Notes under the pieces: model-generated
Database searches by the model: none
Told to the model about the DNA's origin: nothing
What the model saw: the letters and a program-made list of their open reading frames with translations, nothing else
Shown here: in pieces, positions 53,525 to 63,621 of the stretch
How the letters are laid out: every line of letters begins with the position of its first letter
Position numbering within the stretch: position 1 is the stretch's first letter
Made by a program: the position numbers and the translations under genes
IMG/VR virus record: IMGVR_UViG_3300035698_010479
Location: 62,001 to 126,000 of that record
Direction: 5' to 3' (one strand)
DNA length: 64,000 nucleotides

Positions 53525-54589
53525 TTAACTCCCTAATAAGGTTACAACTTTAAACATTATATTGTAAAATATATGTTCAGCAGGTTTGCCTGTTAAATAT
53601 ATTGGAGTAGTTAATTGAGTCAAGGCATTTGAAATACCTTTTCCGCTACTAAGAGTACTCCTTTTCAAGCAGCCTACAAAAAACCCACAAACAGCTACCC
53701 TAATACTTTCTACAGGGTACTTCTTAACAAGTTGCGCAAATAATAAACAAGCATTACTAAAATCACGTTTAATAAGTAACTTACTTAGATCCATTACTTC
53801 AGCATCATCCTCATCTAAAATAATACCAGTAAGTAGGCTTTTTATTTTAGATAGCTCCCAAGAGCCTTCTGTTATTACTGAATCTAAACAGTTTAAAGCC
53901 TTTCTAGGTACACCTAGAGATAAATCACAAATGTATTTTAGTATATCAACATTATAAGCAACACCTTCAAACTGAGCAACATTTTCCAACATCGACATAA
54001 TTTCTTCAGGTGATAATGCGGTTAGATTTAGTAATTTACATCTGTCTAGAAATGGGTCGTCATCTGACGATTTACTTGTAAGTTTTTCTGGTTCATTAGT
54101 ACAAAATATTACATAAACATGTGAATAGCAATCTTCCATTCTTTTTAGTAGCAACGCTTGAGCGGCTGGAGATAATCTATGTGCTTCATCAAAAATCAAT
54201 ACCTTATTTTTTGAACTAAATGGGGAGGAGGATAAGTCACTAACTATACCATCTACTGCGTCCTTACCACTACTGCTCCCAACATTTATTTCATGAACAT
54301 CAATACTATTTGAGTTAAGTATGGCAACGCACGAATCACATGTTAAACAAGGAATAGAATCTTTAGAGTGCTCACAATTTAAACTTAGCGCTAAAATTCT
54401 AGCTAAAGTAGTTTTACCTAAACCTGCATTGCCTGTTATTAGTAAAATATGTGGTAATGTACCTTTAGTTAGATAATTACTAATTAATGTTTTGACCGAG
54501 GGGCTGCCCAAAAATTCATCTATAGTACAAGGACGATATACTGTCAAAAAACTATTAGCTCCAGCTCTTGTTTCTCTTCTTATAAGCAT
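53525..54589 (-). CDS. dnaX: DNA polymerase III gamma/tau-like clamp-loader subunit
   Basis: YRP, GNAGLGKTT, CxxC Zn module, FDEAH, FCTNEP, RC, PRKA. Confidence 0.88.
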   Translation of the reverse strand: MLIRRETRAGANSFLTVYRPCTIDEFLGSPSVKTLISNYLTKGTLPHILLITGNAGLGKTTLARILALSLNCEHSKDSIPCLTCDSCVAILNSNSIDVHEINVGSSSGKDAVDGIVSDLSSSPFSSKNKVLIFDEAHRLSPAAQALLLKRMEDCYSHVYVIFCTNEPEKLTSKSSDDDPFLDRCKLLNLTALSPEEIMSMLENVAQFEGVAYNVDILKYICDLSLGVPRKALNCLDSVITEGSWELSKIKSLLTGIILDEDDAEVMDLSKLLIKRDFSNACLLFAQLVKKYPVESIRVAVCGFFVGCLKRSTLSSGKGISNALTQLTTPIYLTGKPAEHIFYNIMFKVVTLLGS

Positions 54590-55023
54590 AAATACTCCTT
54601 CCTATTTAAGTATAATTCAGTCAGTATACCATTTCCAGATGTAGTTTTAAACTTTTTAAATCCTAGATCCTTATTTGTACAAAAAGAGTTAGGTATCATT
54701 TGCATACAAGGGATATCGGAAATGGTGCTACCAATATAAGTAACATCCTCAGCAGTATAATTGTATTTTCGCAAAACGTCAAGCAAAATCTCTCTCTTAT
54801 TTTTTGATGCCCAATAAAAAGGAATACATCTTCTGGCGCATATGTTATAATTAACATTATTATCTGATGATAGAAACACGAAAGTATATTCAGATTTAAG
54901 TTTATTAATTGCTTCAAAATCACCAATATAAAAGTCTTTAAATAATGTTATGCCAATATTATCAATACAGCTTCTTCCAGGTGTTATTACTCCATCTATT
55001 TCTGAAACTATTATTTTAGTCAT
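54580..55023 (-). CDS. KdsC-like HAD phosphatase (first Asp replaced by Glu)
   Basis: IVSEIDGVIT, LSS, YIG...DIPCM. Confidence 0.72.
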   Translation of the reverse strand: MTKIIVSEIDGVITPGRSCIDNIGITLFKDFYIGDFEAINKLKSEYTFVFLSSDNNVNYNICARRCIPFYWASKNKREILLDVLRKYNYTAEDVTYIGSTISDIPCMQMIPNSFCTNKDLGFKKFKTTSGNGILTELYLNRKEYLCL

Positions 55024-55580
55024 TTTTTACCTACTATTAGTATATCGTGTGGGGTATTCATAAAACAACCTACAGGTGTTTTAATAAAATGTTTCACACT
55101 ACAATTTGAATTATTTATTATTGCTCGCCATAAACCTTCTGATCTATTTCTGGAATTATTATCAGTATAAGATGTATGAAGGTCACCAGAGATGATCATA
55201 AAGCCACCAGATTTAAGGTAAAGACATAAGTTCTCCAAAGATTTTTGCCATACATAATCATCAAGCTCGTAAGATAAACTATCTAATACATGTACTACAT
55301 CATATTGATTTATAAAAACTCCCATAGTGTCCTTTAAACTATTTTGTATGAGATCATAATTCATAGTACTAGTGAATTTACTATGCTGGTCACAAGTACT
55401 ATTTATACTAGTTACAAGAGGTGCTTGAATTATATCTAAGTAAAAATCTAACCAATGTGTATATGCAGTAGTGTCCAATACACATAAATCCTCTAAACTT
55501 GCATTGCAGTACTTATGTATCATTTTAAATATACAATTTTCTATAGTATTATTATGATAAGTATTAAACCATTTATTCAT
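55020..55580 (-). CDS. SAM-dependent methyltransferase-like protein
   Basis: YDVVHVLDSL, LKSGGFMIISG. Confidence 0.6.
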   Translation of the reverse strand: MNKWFNTYHNNTIENCIFKMIHKYCNASLEDLCVLDTTAYTHWLDFYLDIIQAPLVTSINSTCDQHSKFTSTMNYDLIQNSLKDTMGVFINQYDVVHVLDSLSYELDDYVWQKSLENLCLYLKSGGFMIISGDLHTSYTDNNSRNRSEGLWRAIINNSNCSVKHFIKTPVGCFMNTPHDILIVGKK

Positions 55581-55593
55581 TTAGACTCCGTGT

Positions 55594-55622
55594 ATAGTAA
55601 CATATAATTTTTTATAAAGCAA
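55594..55622 (-). promoter_or_regulatory. sigma70-type promoter
   Basis: TTGCTT-17-TACTAT on the - strand. Confidence 0.55.
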
Positions 55623-55746
55623 ATAAATAATTACTATATACTATATTTAATGTAGTATTAATAAGCTGTACAAGCGGCATAGTAGTAAATTAATTTAATA
55701 TATAGTAGTATGTATGTAGTGGTATAAAAATGCAGTACAGCTCAAT

Positions 55747-56247
55747 TTAAGATGTTTTAGAACCTAGTTGCTTAACTACCTTTAATACAAAATTTGAATG
55801 TACACTTTCAGTAGTAACTAAACTTAAGCCAACGTCCCCACATAGTATCTGTAACCAGGCAGTGTCAAACATTACATAATGGAAGTTTCCTGGGTAGTCC
55901 TGACCACCAAACATATGATAAGAAACAAACTTAGCATCTTTATTATCTTTGTAATGTGTAAGAGCCCAATGCATATCTGGTGTACGTATCTCCAAAATAC
56001 CATCAACTTTAAGCACCCTACACCATTCTTTAAGTATACCTATGGTTTTTGATATAGGAAAGTGTTCAATAATATCACTAGCTAGTATATAATCAAAATG
56101 ATTATCTTCAAATGGTATTTTTTCAGCAGGGCCAACTAAATCAACTATGGTTAAATCAGCCCTCTCATCATAATTTATACATTCATACCCTTTTGGATAC
56201 TCAAGGTACGTTCTATCACCACAACCAATATTCAATGTTAATTTCAA
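55747..56247 (-). CDS. class I methyltransferase (type 11)
   Basis: LNIGCG, IPFEDNHFD, DIIEHF, RVLKVDG, TPD. Confidence 0.85.
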   Translation of the reverse strand: MKLTLNIGCGDRTYLEYPKGYECINYDERADLTIVDLVGPAEKIPFEDNHFDYILASDIIEHFPISKTIGILKEWCRVLKVDGILEIRTPDMHWALTHYKDNKDAKFVSYHMFGGQDYPGNFHYVMFDTAWLQILCGDVGLSLVTTESVHSNFVLKVVKQLGSKTS

Positions 56248-56269
56248 TGTTTCCCCTTAATTAATTATT

Positions 56270-57385
56270 TTAAAGTAACTCTAAAAATAACTTACCAATA
56301 ACTTCCGATGAAAAATTATCCATCAGATTACTACGTAGTAAATCTCCTCTTGACTGGGCATCTTCGTAATTATTATACACATACCTAGCTAATAGCGCAC
56401 CGTGCGTAGGAGAAGCTTCAGCCCAATTCATGCTACCAAGATACCAAGGCGAGAAAGGCATACCAGACACAGGTGTCTCTACATAATCAACAAGGTAGCT
56501 ATTATCCTCTGTCAAATATTGACTAACACCTCCAAAACCAGTAGCTATTACAGGATTACCAGAGGCGCCAGCATTAGCTGTACTCATGCCCCAACCCTCT
56601 CCTCTGTCCAGGGTAATATAACAGTCGCACCTTTTATGTAATGCTGTAATTTCTTCCTCGCTTAACATGTCCAATATCAAGTAAATTGGGGGGTACTTTG
56701 GTAAAACAATCATCTGTTTTAGTCTTTTTATTGTCGATCTAATAGCATCCCTTTCAGGGTTACTGTAGTTACTACCGTATGTTTTTAAAACTAAGGCTAC
56801 ATTTTCGTCCTCTTGAAAAGCTGTCCAGAAAGCTTTTATAGTGGACAATGGGTTTTTTCGTTCTGTCCATTGATTTATATTATAAAATAAAAACTTATTA
56901 GGGTCTTCGATACTTAATACTGTACTACAATCTTCATTTTTATCAGGATTGAATAAATCAACTACGTGTGGCACAACATAAATAGGTATAGTAACACCAC
57001 TAGACTCAAATACATCTTTATTCCATTTACATGGTACAAATACTTTGTCTACTGTTGTATTTATGTACTCTGGCCAAGATGGGTGTAAACTATCAGTCTC
57101 CCAAACTGTGTAACCAACGTTAAACTTACTCTCCTCACGATAAGACTTCCAGAATTCAGGTGTGGTATGTATAACAACCGTATTATATTGAATATCTTTA
57201 TTAATTAGTGATAATATAATTTCAGAATCTTCACCTAAATCAGGCTTAGCTTCTTCAAATGATATAGGGCTTACTGTGAGTGGTATACCTTGTTTATGTA
57301 ATGCTATTATATAACCACGTGCAGCTTTTGCATACCCAGAATTATCCAAGCATGGTGCTATATATTTAATACCTGTGATTTTCAT
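56270..57385 (-). CDS. GT-B glycosyltransferase (family 4-like)
   Basis: SGYAKAA, YTVWET, ERKN, EGWGMSTANAGASG, ATGFGG. Confidence 0.88.
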   Translation of the reverse strand: MKITGIKYIAPCLDNSGYAKAARGYIIALHKQGIPLTVSPISFEEAKPDLGEDSEIILSLINKDIQYNTVVIHTTPEFWKSYREESKFNVGYTVWETDSLHPSWPEYINTTVDKVFVPCKWNKDVFESSGVTIPIYVVPHVVDLFNPDKNEDCSTVLSIEDPNKFLFYNINQWTERKNPLSTIKAFWTAFQEDENVALVLKTYGSNYSNPERDAIRSTIKRLKQMIVLPKYPPIYLILDMLSEEEITALHKRCDCYITLDRGEGWGMSTANAGASGNPVIATGFGGVSQYLTEDNSYLVDYVETPVSGMPFSPWYLGSMNWAEASPTHGALLARYVYNNYEDAQSRGDLLRSNLMDNFSSEVIGKLFLELL

Positions 57386-57390
57386 AATAA

Positions 57391-57777
57391 TTAAATCCCC
57401 CTCTTATAAAATTTACGTAATACGTAATCTGTAGGTGACACAACACAGCTATAATTAAGTGTATTGATATTAAAAACCCCAACCTGTTCATCTGTTCTAG
57501 ATACTGCTCTATGAATACCGCTTGTTTTTATAGTAAAAAAATCTACACTAAAGTGGTTATTATCAGAGTAGTTGTCAAACAGTTGCCAATTATACAGTAC
57601 TAAACCACACTCCTCTTCACATTCGCGTACCATAGCCTCATAAGAAGTTTCATTTTCTTCTATTTTTCCACCCACACCGTTAAGCTTACCTAACTGCCAA
57701 ATAGGTCTCTGTTTCCTAATAAGTAATGTGTTTTCATGAGTGTCATCAAAAATAATACCTACTACATATTTAATCAT
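57391..57777 (-). CDS. NUDIX hydrolase
   Basis: GGKIEENETSYEAMVRECEEECG Nudix box. Confidence 0.92.
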   Translation of the reverse strand: MIKYVVGIIFDDTHENTLLIRKQRPIWQLGKLNGVGGKIEENETSYEAMVRECEEECGLVLYNWQLFDNYSDNNHFSVDFFTIKTSGIHRAVSRTDEQVGVFNINTLNYSCVVSPTDYVLRKFYKRGI

Positions 57778-57780
57778 GCG

Positions 57781-58257
57781 CTACCCCTTCCTATGATAAA
57801 TTCTAAAGTCTAATACCCCACTAACAGTGCTACTATTTAATTCCCATATATTCGCATCTACCCCGTGCCAGTATATGTCACCGGTATATTCAGCGTCAAT
57901 TCTAGTAATATCTAAAATATTAGCATAGTCTATATAGGCATTAAATATCTCAGCACCACCTATAACATATATATTAGTATAGTCTTTGAATTTTGTCAAC
58001 ACATATTTTAGATGATCAAATACAAAGGCCTTACCTTCTGTGTAAAAAGTTAGGTCGCGTGTAAGAACCACATTAGGTCTATTAGGTAAAGGTTTTATAG
58101 ATATGGACTCCCAGGTTCTTCTGCCCATTACTACGGGATATCCAGTAGTAATTTTTTTAAATCTTTTAACATCCTCTGGGTGGTGCCACGGTATAGCGTT
58201 TGCACAACCCATTAAATTATTTTTATCTAGTGCTACTAAAAATATAACTTTTGGCAT
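57781..58257 (-). CDS. folA: dihydrofolate reductase
   Basis: IPWH, VMGRRTWESI, LPNRPNVVLT, IGGAEI. Confidence 0.95.
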   Translation of the reverse strand: MPKVIFLVALDKNNLMGCANAIPWHHPEDVKRFKKITTGYPVVMGRRTWESISIKPLPNRPNVVLTRDLTFYTEGKAFVFDHLKYVLTKFKDYTNIYVIGGAEIFNAYIDYANILDITRIDAEYTGDIYWHGVDANIWELNSSTVSGVLDFRIYHRKG

Positions 58258-58265
58258 AAATTACC

Positions 58266-59132
58266 TTAAACAGCTATGGGCGCTTTAATACCTGGGTGGT
58301 ATTTATAACCCTGTAGAGAAGAGTCTGTGTAAACCCAGTCAAAAATAGACGTAAAATTATTAGTAGTTATATCAGGTAGAGGGTATGGTTCCCTAGTTAA
58401 CTGGGTAGCTACTTGAGATAAATGTGTTGTATATAAATGTACATCTCCTAAAAAACCGCATAAATAACCTTCAGCTAATTTACATTCTTTTGCCAATAGG
58501 TGCAGTAATAATGCATAACTAGTGATATTAAATGGTAGACCAAGGAAAGAATCTACACTTCGTTGATTCCACATTAAGTTTAATTTACCATCTATAACAG
58601 TGCATTGAAAAGACCAATGACATGGTGGTAAAGCCATACGGTAATTATCTATTGGGTTCCATGCTACAACCAACATCCTTCTACTATCTGGGTCAGACTT
58701 CAATGTATCTACTAAATTTTTAAACTGATCGATACCGACGTTAGTGTAGTCTGAATACTCATTAGTATATGCCCCGCCAAAATGCCTCCACTGCCAGCCA
58801 TATAATGGTCCTAAACAGTTTTCATCACGCATCTTTTGTTGTTCAGTGATGTCATGACTATAAGGAATTTTATCTGAAGAGCACCACTCATCCCAAATAT
58901 GATTATTACGTTCATGAAGCCAGTGCTTATCTGTAATACCTTTTATAAAAAATTCTAATTCGGAGGCTACTAAGTTGAAAGGTACTCTTTTAGTAGTTAC
59001 AACTGGAAATCCTTCAGACATATTGTGCTTAAAAAGAACACCAGAGGTTGCCAAGGTACCAGTGCCTGTTCTATCTTGTTTATTAAAACCATTATCTAAT
59101 ATATCTTGTAGTATATTTAAATATTTATACAT
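58266..59132 (-). CDS. thyA: thymidylate synthase
   Basis: DRTGTG, GPLYGWQWR, ALPPCH, QRSVDSFLGLPFN, DVHLY. Confidence 0.96.
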   Translation of the reverse strand: MYKYLNILQDILDNGFNKQDRTGTGTLATSGVLFKHNMSEGFPVVTTKRVPFNLVASELEFFIKGITDKHWLHERNNHIWDEWCSSDKIPYSHDITEQQKMRDENCLGPLYGWQWRHFGGAYTNEYSDYTNVGIDQFKNLVDTLKSDPDSRRMLVVAWNPIDNYRMALPPCHWSFQCTVIDGKLNLMWNQRSVDSFLGLPFNITSYALLLHLLAKECKLAEGYLCGFLGDVHLYTTHLSQVATQLTREPYPLPDITTNNFTSIFDWVYTDSSLQGYKYHPGIKAPIAV

Positions 59133-59153
59133 AAGTACCCCTTAATATGGTTA

Positions 59154-59193
59154 GGCTACTTAGGCTATTGTAAATATAATTGCCTAAGTAGCC
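59154..59193. terminator. terminator hairpin
   Basis: 12-bp inverted repeat GGCTACTTAGGC / GCCTAAGTAGCC. Confidence 0.7.
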
Positions 59194-59203
59194 AGTAATA
59201 AAT

Positions 59204-60472
59204 TTATAGTTGTTCTACTTTAATAGAATTAGCTTTCTGTTTGTACACACTAGATGCACTTAATTTTTCAACTTCCTTGTCAAACACTGCTAACCATTGA
59301 TTAGCAATCTTTCCAGACCACTGCATATCAGATTTAACCCAGTTATATGCATTATCGGCTTTAACTTTTGCCTCTTGATAGTTGTCATAAACATAACACA
59401 TCTTACTAACAAGATCGTCAACATCTACCAATGGTCTAGGTATATCATTATCATTTGGTAGAGCAGTCCATAAACTAGAGTTGTTACCACTTTCTGCAAG
59501 AAAGCCGCAATCTTTAGATATAAGTTCAGCCATTGCGGTATTGTTTGGCATTATTGTAGGTGTTTTACAAGCCATAGCTTCCAACCAACTTATACCAAAG
59601 CCCTCACCTAAAGTAGTACTAATAACACAATCACAACTATTGTACAGGTAATTGATTACATCTAGTGGAAACCCTTGGTTAGGTTCCATCTTATCGGGCA
59701 GAACAACATCTCTACCTAATTGAACACCCATCTCAGTCAAAAGCTTTGGTATATTCCACCCTTGGTCTATCGCGCACATATGTAGATATAGCATTGATTC
59801 TGGAACCATCTTTTTAAATTCCTTGAAAGCCTGAATAGTCCTTGGTATGTCTTTTCTTTGTTGATTCCTATTAATATTCATAAAAATAAATCTATCCTTA
59901 CCAATAGAAAAATAAGATTCTCTAAATTTTTTAATTTCCATAGCGTCCAATGGTTTAAACAATGACATATCAACACCATGATGTATAACAGCTACATCAG
60001 ATTTCAAATCTTTAGTGTATTTAAGTAGCGCGGTTTTCCCGAATTCAGTATAGGCAACTAATTTATCTACCTGGGCTATGTTAGCACACCACTCTTCACG
60101 CAATATACTATCTACTGGAAAGTACATTACTGTTCTAAAAGATTTAACTCTATTATTTTTTAGATGTTTAATTAGTTCAGGTACAAAATCTACTATAAAA
60201 GTATCTTGTAATATCCATAATATATCAAAGTCATGTTCAAGTGCAAAGTAACAGAATTTTCTTCGACCATAGGGATCTCCAGTTTGGTGGTCTGCGGCTG
60301 GCCAAATCCTATAAGGTAGTGTATGGGGCTCTCCATGATAGTTTATACCAAAGATATCTACTTCATACTTACCACTTGCATGAAGTTGTGCCAATACATT
60401 TCTTGACACAGTGCCAAAACCTGTAGCTACTGTTGGACTATCACAGTAAGCCAAAATCTTTATTTTTTTCAT
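59204..60472 (-). CDS. GT-B glycosyltransferase (family 4-like)
   Basis: TGFGTVS, HGVD, NRNQQRK, GEGFGISWLEAMAC. Confidence 0.9.
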   Translation of the reverse strand: MKKIKILAYCDSPTVATGFGTVSRNVLAQLHASGKYEVDIFGINYHGEPHTLPYRIWPAADHQTGDPYGRRKFCYFALEHDFDILWILQDTFIVDFVPELIKHLKNNRVKSFRTVMYFPVDSILREEWCANIAQVDKLVAYTEFGKTALLKYTKDLKSDVAVIHHGVDMSLFKPLDAMEIKKFRESYFSIGKDRFIFMNINRNQQRKDIPRTIQAFKEFKKMVPESMLYLHMCAIDQGWNIPKLLTEMGVQLGRDVVLPDKMEPNQGFPLDVINYLYNSCDCVISTTLGEGFGISWLEAMACKTPTIMPNNTAMAELISKDCGFLAESGNNSSLWTALPNDNDIPRPLVDVDDLVSKMCYVYDNYQEAKVKADNAYNWVKSDMQWSGKIANQWLAVFDKEVEKLSASSVYKQKANSIKVEQL

Positions 60473-60477
60473 AAATC

Positions 60478-61662
60478 TTATTCCTCTTTAGTTTTTGTTT
60501 TAGCAACCTTAAGCTTACGTGTAGCTAAAAATGCGCTATTGAAATTTGTCTCACTTATATCATCCATTATAGGTAATATACTTGGGTTCTTATCTAAATA
60601 TTTTTTTAGCTTTGTAGGTGAAACCGTGACTAAAGTAGCAAAATCTTCCTTTGTTATAAAAGTACTTAACTTCTCAGCATTATAAGAAGTCCTAGAATTC
60701 TGCCTTAACACCATCTCTTGTTCACCAGATATCACAGATTTCTCCTGTATTTTTATTTTTTCAATAAGTACAGTAGCTATCTCACGTTCTCTCATATCTA
60801 ATATCTTCTGACTTGTTCTCACCATATCCCATTCATTTATTAAAGCTTCATCTGATAATGTTTGTACGTTTAAAAAAGCAAATTCTTTTTTTACACATAA
60901 TTCCTGATACTTTTCGCATACATTTGTATAGTCACACCAAGCGCAAAGAAAATTTATAGAGGGTTTTGCAGCCTCTTTTGTCAAAGCCGATATTTCCTTA
61001 TGTATAGCTGCTAGATAATCTTCAAACTCGTCCAGTTCTTCATCTGTCCTATATGTGTATACAAGGTCCCCAGATCGTAACATATCTAAACATAATATTA
61101 CTCTACTGTATTGAGGGTATAATTTTCTGGCAACTAAGTTATACATAGATAACTGTATATCAGAACTTAATTTATTAGCATCAGGGACTGTTTTAGACGT
61201 TTTATAGTCTACAATTAATAACGTGTCTGGATTTACCTCAACGGATTTATCTATGGCACCTATTAGTTCTATACCATCCTTGGTTGTTATTGTTTGTGTA
61301 CCTTCAAAACCAAATCTGTCCTCTATACCAATGATTGACTCTCCAATCTTGAAACGTTTCAGTCTAGCCTTAACAATATCTTTACCTACTAAATGTTCTG
61401 AGTAGTCCTCTATACCGTGCTTTACTGAAGCTTCATCATAATAAGATAATAAATCTTTGATTTGTTGATTACTAAATTTTAATAAAGCCTGCTCTTTCCA
61501 TAATCTTCCTGCCTTTTCCAAAGTGTCATGACAAGCTAAACCTAGTTTAAACACTGGATTAGCTAGTTTTTCAAGATGCTCTTCGTAAGAAAACCAGTAC
61601 CTAAGTTTACATTGCAAAAATGTGTTTATTCTAGTAGCACTTAATTTAATCGTTTTTTTCAC
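60478..61662 (-). CDS. Cas4/RecB-like PD-(D/E)xK exonuclease
   Basis: LSATRINTFLQC, GAID, VDYKT, QLSMY, CAWCDYTNVC (four-Cys Fe-S pattern); probable GTG start 61662. Confidence 0.88.
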   Translation of the reverse strand: MKKTIKLSATRINTFLQCKLRYWFSYEEHLEKLANPVFKLGLACHDTLEKAGRLWKEQALLKFSNQQIKDLLSYYDEASVKHGIEDYSEHLVGKDIVKARLKRFKIGESIIGIEDRFGFEGTQTITTKDGIELIGAIDKSVEVNPDTLLIVDYKTSKTVPDANKLSSDIQLSMYNLVARKLYPQYSRVILCLDMLRSGDLVYTYRTDEELDEFEDYLAAIHKEISALTKEAAKPSINFLCAWCDYTNVCEKYQELCVKKEFAFLNVQTLSDEALINEWDMVRTSQKILDMREREIATVLIEKIKIQEKSVISGEQEMVLRQNSRTSYNAEKLSTFITKEDFATLVTVSPTKLKKYLDKNPSILPIMDDISETNFNSAFLATRKLKVAKTKTKEE

Positions 61663-62179
61663 TTGTTTCTCCCATATAAAGATAGCCATAATCCTTAGGA
61701 TATCTATATTTATATTTTTCCAACACCTCATCCGCGTAATATAATAACTGTGACTGTGCATCTATTATATCATTATCCTTTTTAAATGTCAAGTTATCTA
61801 TATCTAATAAATAACATACAAAATAAAAAAGATCCTCTTTTGTACGGGCAGCGAAATATGATTTAACTTTAGTGTTAGTGACTATAAATGGATCTATTTC
61901 TAAAATTTTCATACAGGTATACTTTGCTACACCTGCAAATTCACTTAATATTTTTAATGTACTAATATTAGCTCCTGAAAAAGTATCTTCTTGAACAATA
62001 AATTCTGGTTTGAATTTAAGTAGTACTATCTCTAAATCTCTACTAAATAACAGTAGTCTAGCGGATCTTTGTAGTTTAGGACTTGTAACAATAACCCCCT
62101 TAATAAAAGTTTTGCCATCACTTGTAAAACACCAACCAGTACAAGACGCTGACACGTCTAGACTTAATATGCTACACAT
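61646..62179 (-). CDS. ruvC: RuvC-like Holliday junction resolvase
   Basis: LSLDVS..TGW, VQED, DIIDA. Confidence 0.75.
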   Translation of the reverse strand: MCSILSLDVSASCTGWCFTSDGKTFIKGVIVTSPKLQRSARLLLFSRDLEIVLLKFKPEFIVQEDTFSGANISTLKILSEFAGVAKYTCMKILEIDPFIVTNTKVKSYFAARTKEDLFYFVCYLLDIDNLTFKKDNDIIDAQSQLLYYADEVLEKYKYRYPKDYGYLYMGETSEKND

Positions 62180-62936
62180 TACACACGTCTTTAATCACGT
62201 TAAGCTGCTCAGGTGTTATCTTACTTGCTGTAGGCATTACTAAATTAAGCTGTATAAACACATTACCGTTAGGTCCACCGTTTCTACCTTTACCACCTTT
62301 ACCTATAAACCTTAGTACAGTACCGTGGGTGGCTCCATCGGGTATGGCTATATCAATTTCCTTTTCCACAACTATATGGCCAGAATCACAGGCGGAACAC
62401 TTTGTTTTAATCAAAAAACCTCTACCAGAACATGCTGTGCATGGTACTTGTGACATCATTCTAACGTTAAATTGACTAATAACTTGATCCTTACTACCTC
62501 TTCCTTGACATTCCGAGCATGTAGTTCTGTCAGATGCACCAGTTCCTTCACAAATATCACAAGGTTCTACGATATTAAATTTAATATTTTTAGTTACACT
62601 TGTTAATATGTCGTACAAATTAACTGCAAATTGTATGTTGACATCCTGCCCAGGCATAGCAAATGGTTGTCTATTGTTTCCACCACCCATACCAAAATGG
62701 TTTTTAAAGAAATCATGTATATCAAAATTGTTGAAGCCAGACCTAGGGTGGTCATGTTGTTGTCTCTTGCCTGGATCTGATAGTATCTGGTAGGCATCGT
62801 TTATTTCTTTAAACTTGGTGTCATCACCGTTATTTTTATCAGGGTGATACTGCAGTGCTAACTTTCTAAACGCTTTTTTAATGTCATCGTCGGAAGCACT
62901 AGTAGGTACACCTAATATCTTATAATAATCTTTCAT
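62172..62936 (-). CDS. dnaJ: DnaJ co-chaperone (J domain, Zn finger, shortened C-terminus)
   Basis: [11 protein letters not shown], four CxxCxGxG-type repeats. Confidence 0.93.
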   Translation of the reverse strand: MKDYYKILGVPTSASDDDIKKAFRKLALQYHPDKNNGDDTKFKEINDAYQILSDPGKRQQHDHPRSGFNNFDIHDFFKNHFGMGGGNNRQPFAMPGQDVNIQFAVNLYDILTSVTKNIKFNIVEPCDICEGTGASDRTTCSECQGRGSKDQVISQFNVRMMSQVPCTACSGRGFLIKTKCSACDSGHIVVEKEIDIAIPDGATHGTVLRFIGKGGKGRNGGPNGNVFIQLNLVMPTASKITPEQLNVIKDVCNV

Positions 62937-62938
62937 AA

Positions 62939-63289
62939 TTAATCCTCTAACATTGTCACAACTTTACCGTCTATTACTACATTATCGCCCTTTATCGAAA
63001 AGCTCACAGGACAAAATAGCTGATTATCAGTTAGTTGTGGGTACTGCTTCATGCCAAAAAGAACTTTAGTAATTGTAGAAACATGAAAAACGTTATTATC
63101 AAAAATTGTAAAATCACCATCCTCTGCTGAAAAGAAGTCTGGGTCCAAGTTTAGATAAGTGCCTTTACGTGGTAAGGTAAACGAATACATATTTTCACTA
63201 ATACTTATTTTAAAATTATTAGCAGGTAGCATTGCCAGTGTAGGCATTGCGAACATAACTTCACCTTCCTTAAATTCAGTATCATTCAT
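62939..63289 (-). CDS. hypothetical protein
   Basis: 116-aa ORF. Confidence 0.7.
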   Translation of the reverse strand: MNDTEFKEGEVMFAMPTLAMLPANNFKISISENMYSFTLPRKGTYLNLDPDFFSAEDGDFTIFDNNVFHVSTITKVLFGMKQYPQLTDNQLFCPVSFSIKGDNVVIDGKVVTMLED

Positions 63290-63312
63290 AAAATCTCTCC
63301 TTTAATTAATAA

Positions 63313-63621
63313 TTATAGTACAATAAACGTATCAACCATCACATTTGTCCAATACACTTTAGATGGTCCTTGACAATACTTACATTTAGCGTCATAAGAG
63401 GTTTCCTCTATATGACCGAATAGTTTTATATAGGTGCCATTAGGCAGTTCTGCTAAGTCGTCAGCAATCTTACCCCAAGCGCCTATCTTTATATATTGGA
63501 ATTTCTCATCTACAGGCACGGCTAACTTACATTTAAAATTGGTAACATTACTGTAAGTATTTGTCTCTTTGTAAGATATTTTTCCAACCAGTTTAACAAT
63601 ATTTTCACCTGATATATTCAT
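63313..63621 (-). CDS. ssb: single-stranded DNA-binding protein (OB-fold)
   Basis: NIVKLVG, AWGKIAD, GHIEE. Confidence 0.7.
   Translation of the reverse strand: MNISGENIVKLVGKISYKETNTYSNVTNFKCKLAVPVDEKFQYIKIGAWGKIADDLAELPNGTYIKLFGHIEETSYDAKCKYCQGPSKVYWTNVMVDTFIVL

Noticed and set aside
55623-55746. AT-rich intergenic gap as a replication origin
   Set aside because: No iterons or DnaA boxes were recognised; it is explained by promoter/terminator space.
60478-61662. CRISPR-Cas locus around the Cas4-like gene
   Set aside because: No repeat-spacer array or other cas genes; stand-alone Cas4-like exonucleases are common in phage replication modules.
270-62797. Numerous short antisense or overlapping ORFs in the track (e.g. 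270-467, 3145-3528, 7675-8091, 9205-9603, 16837-17397, 42555-42866)
   Set aside because: They are shadows of well-supported genes on the opposite strand, with no SD or recognisable motifs.
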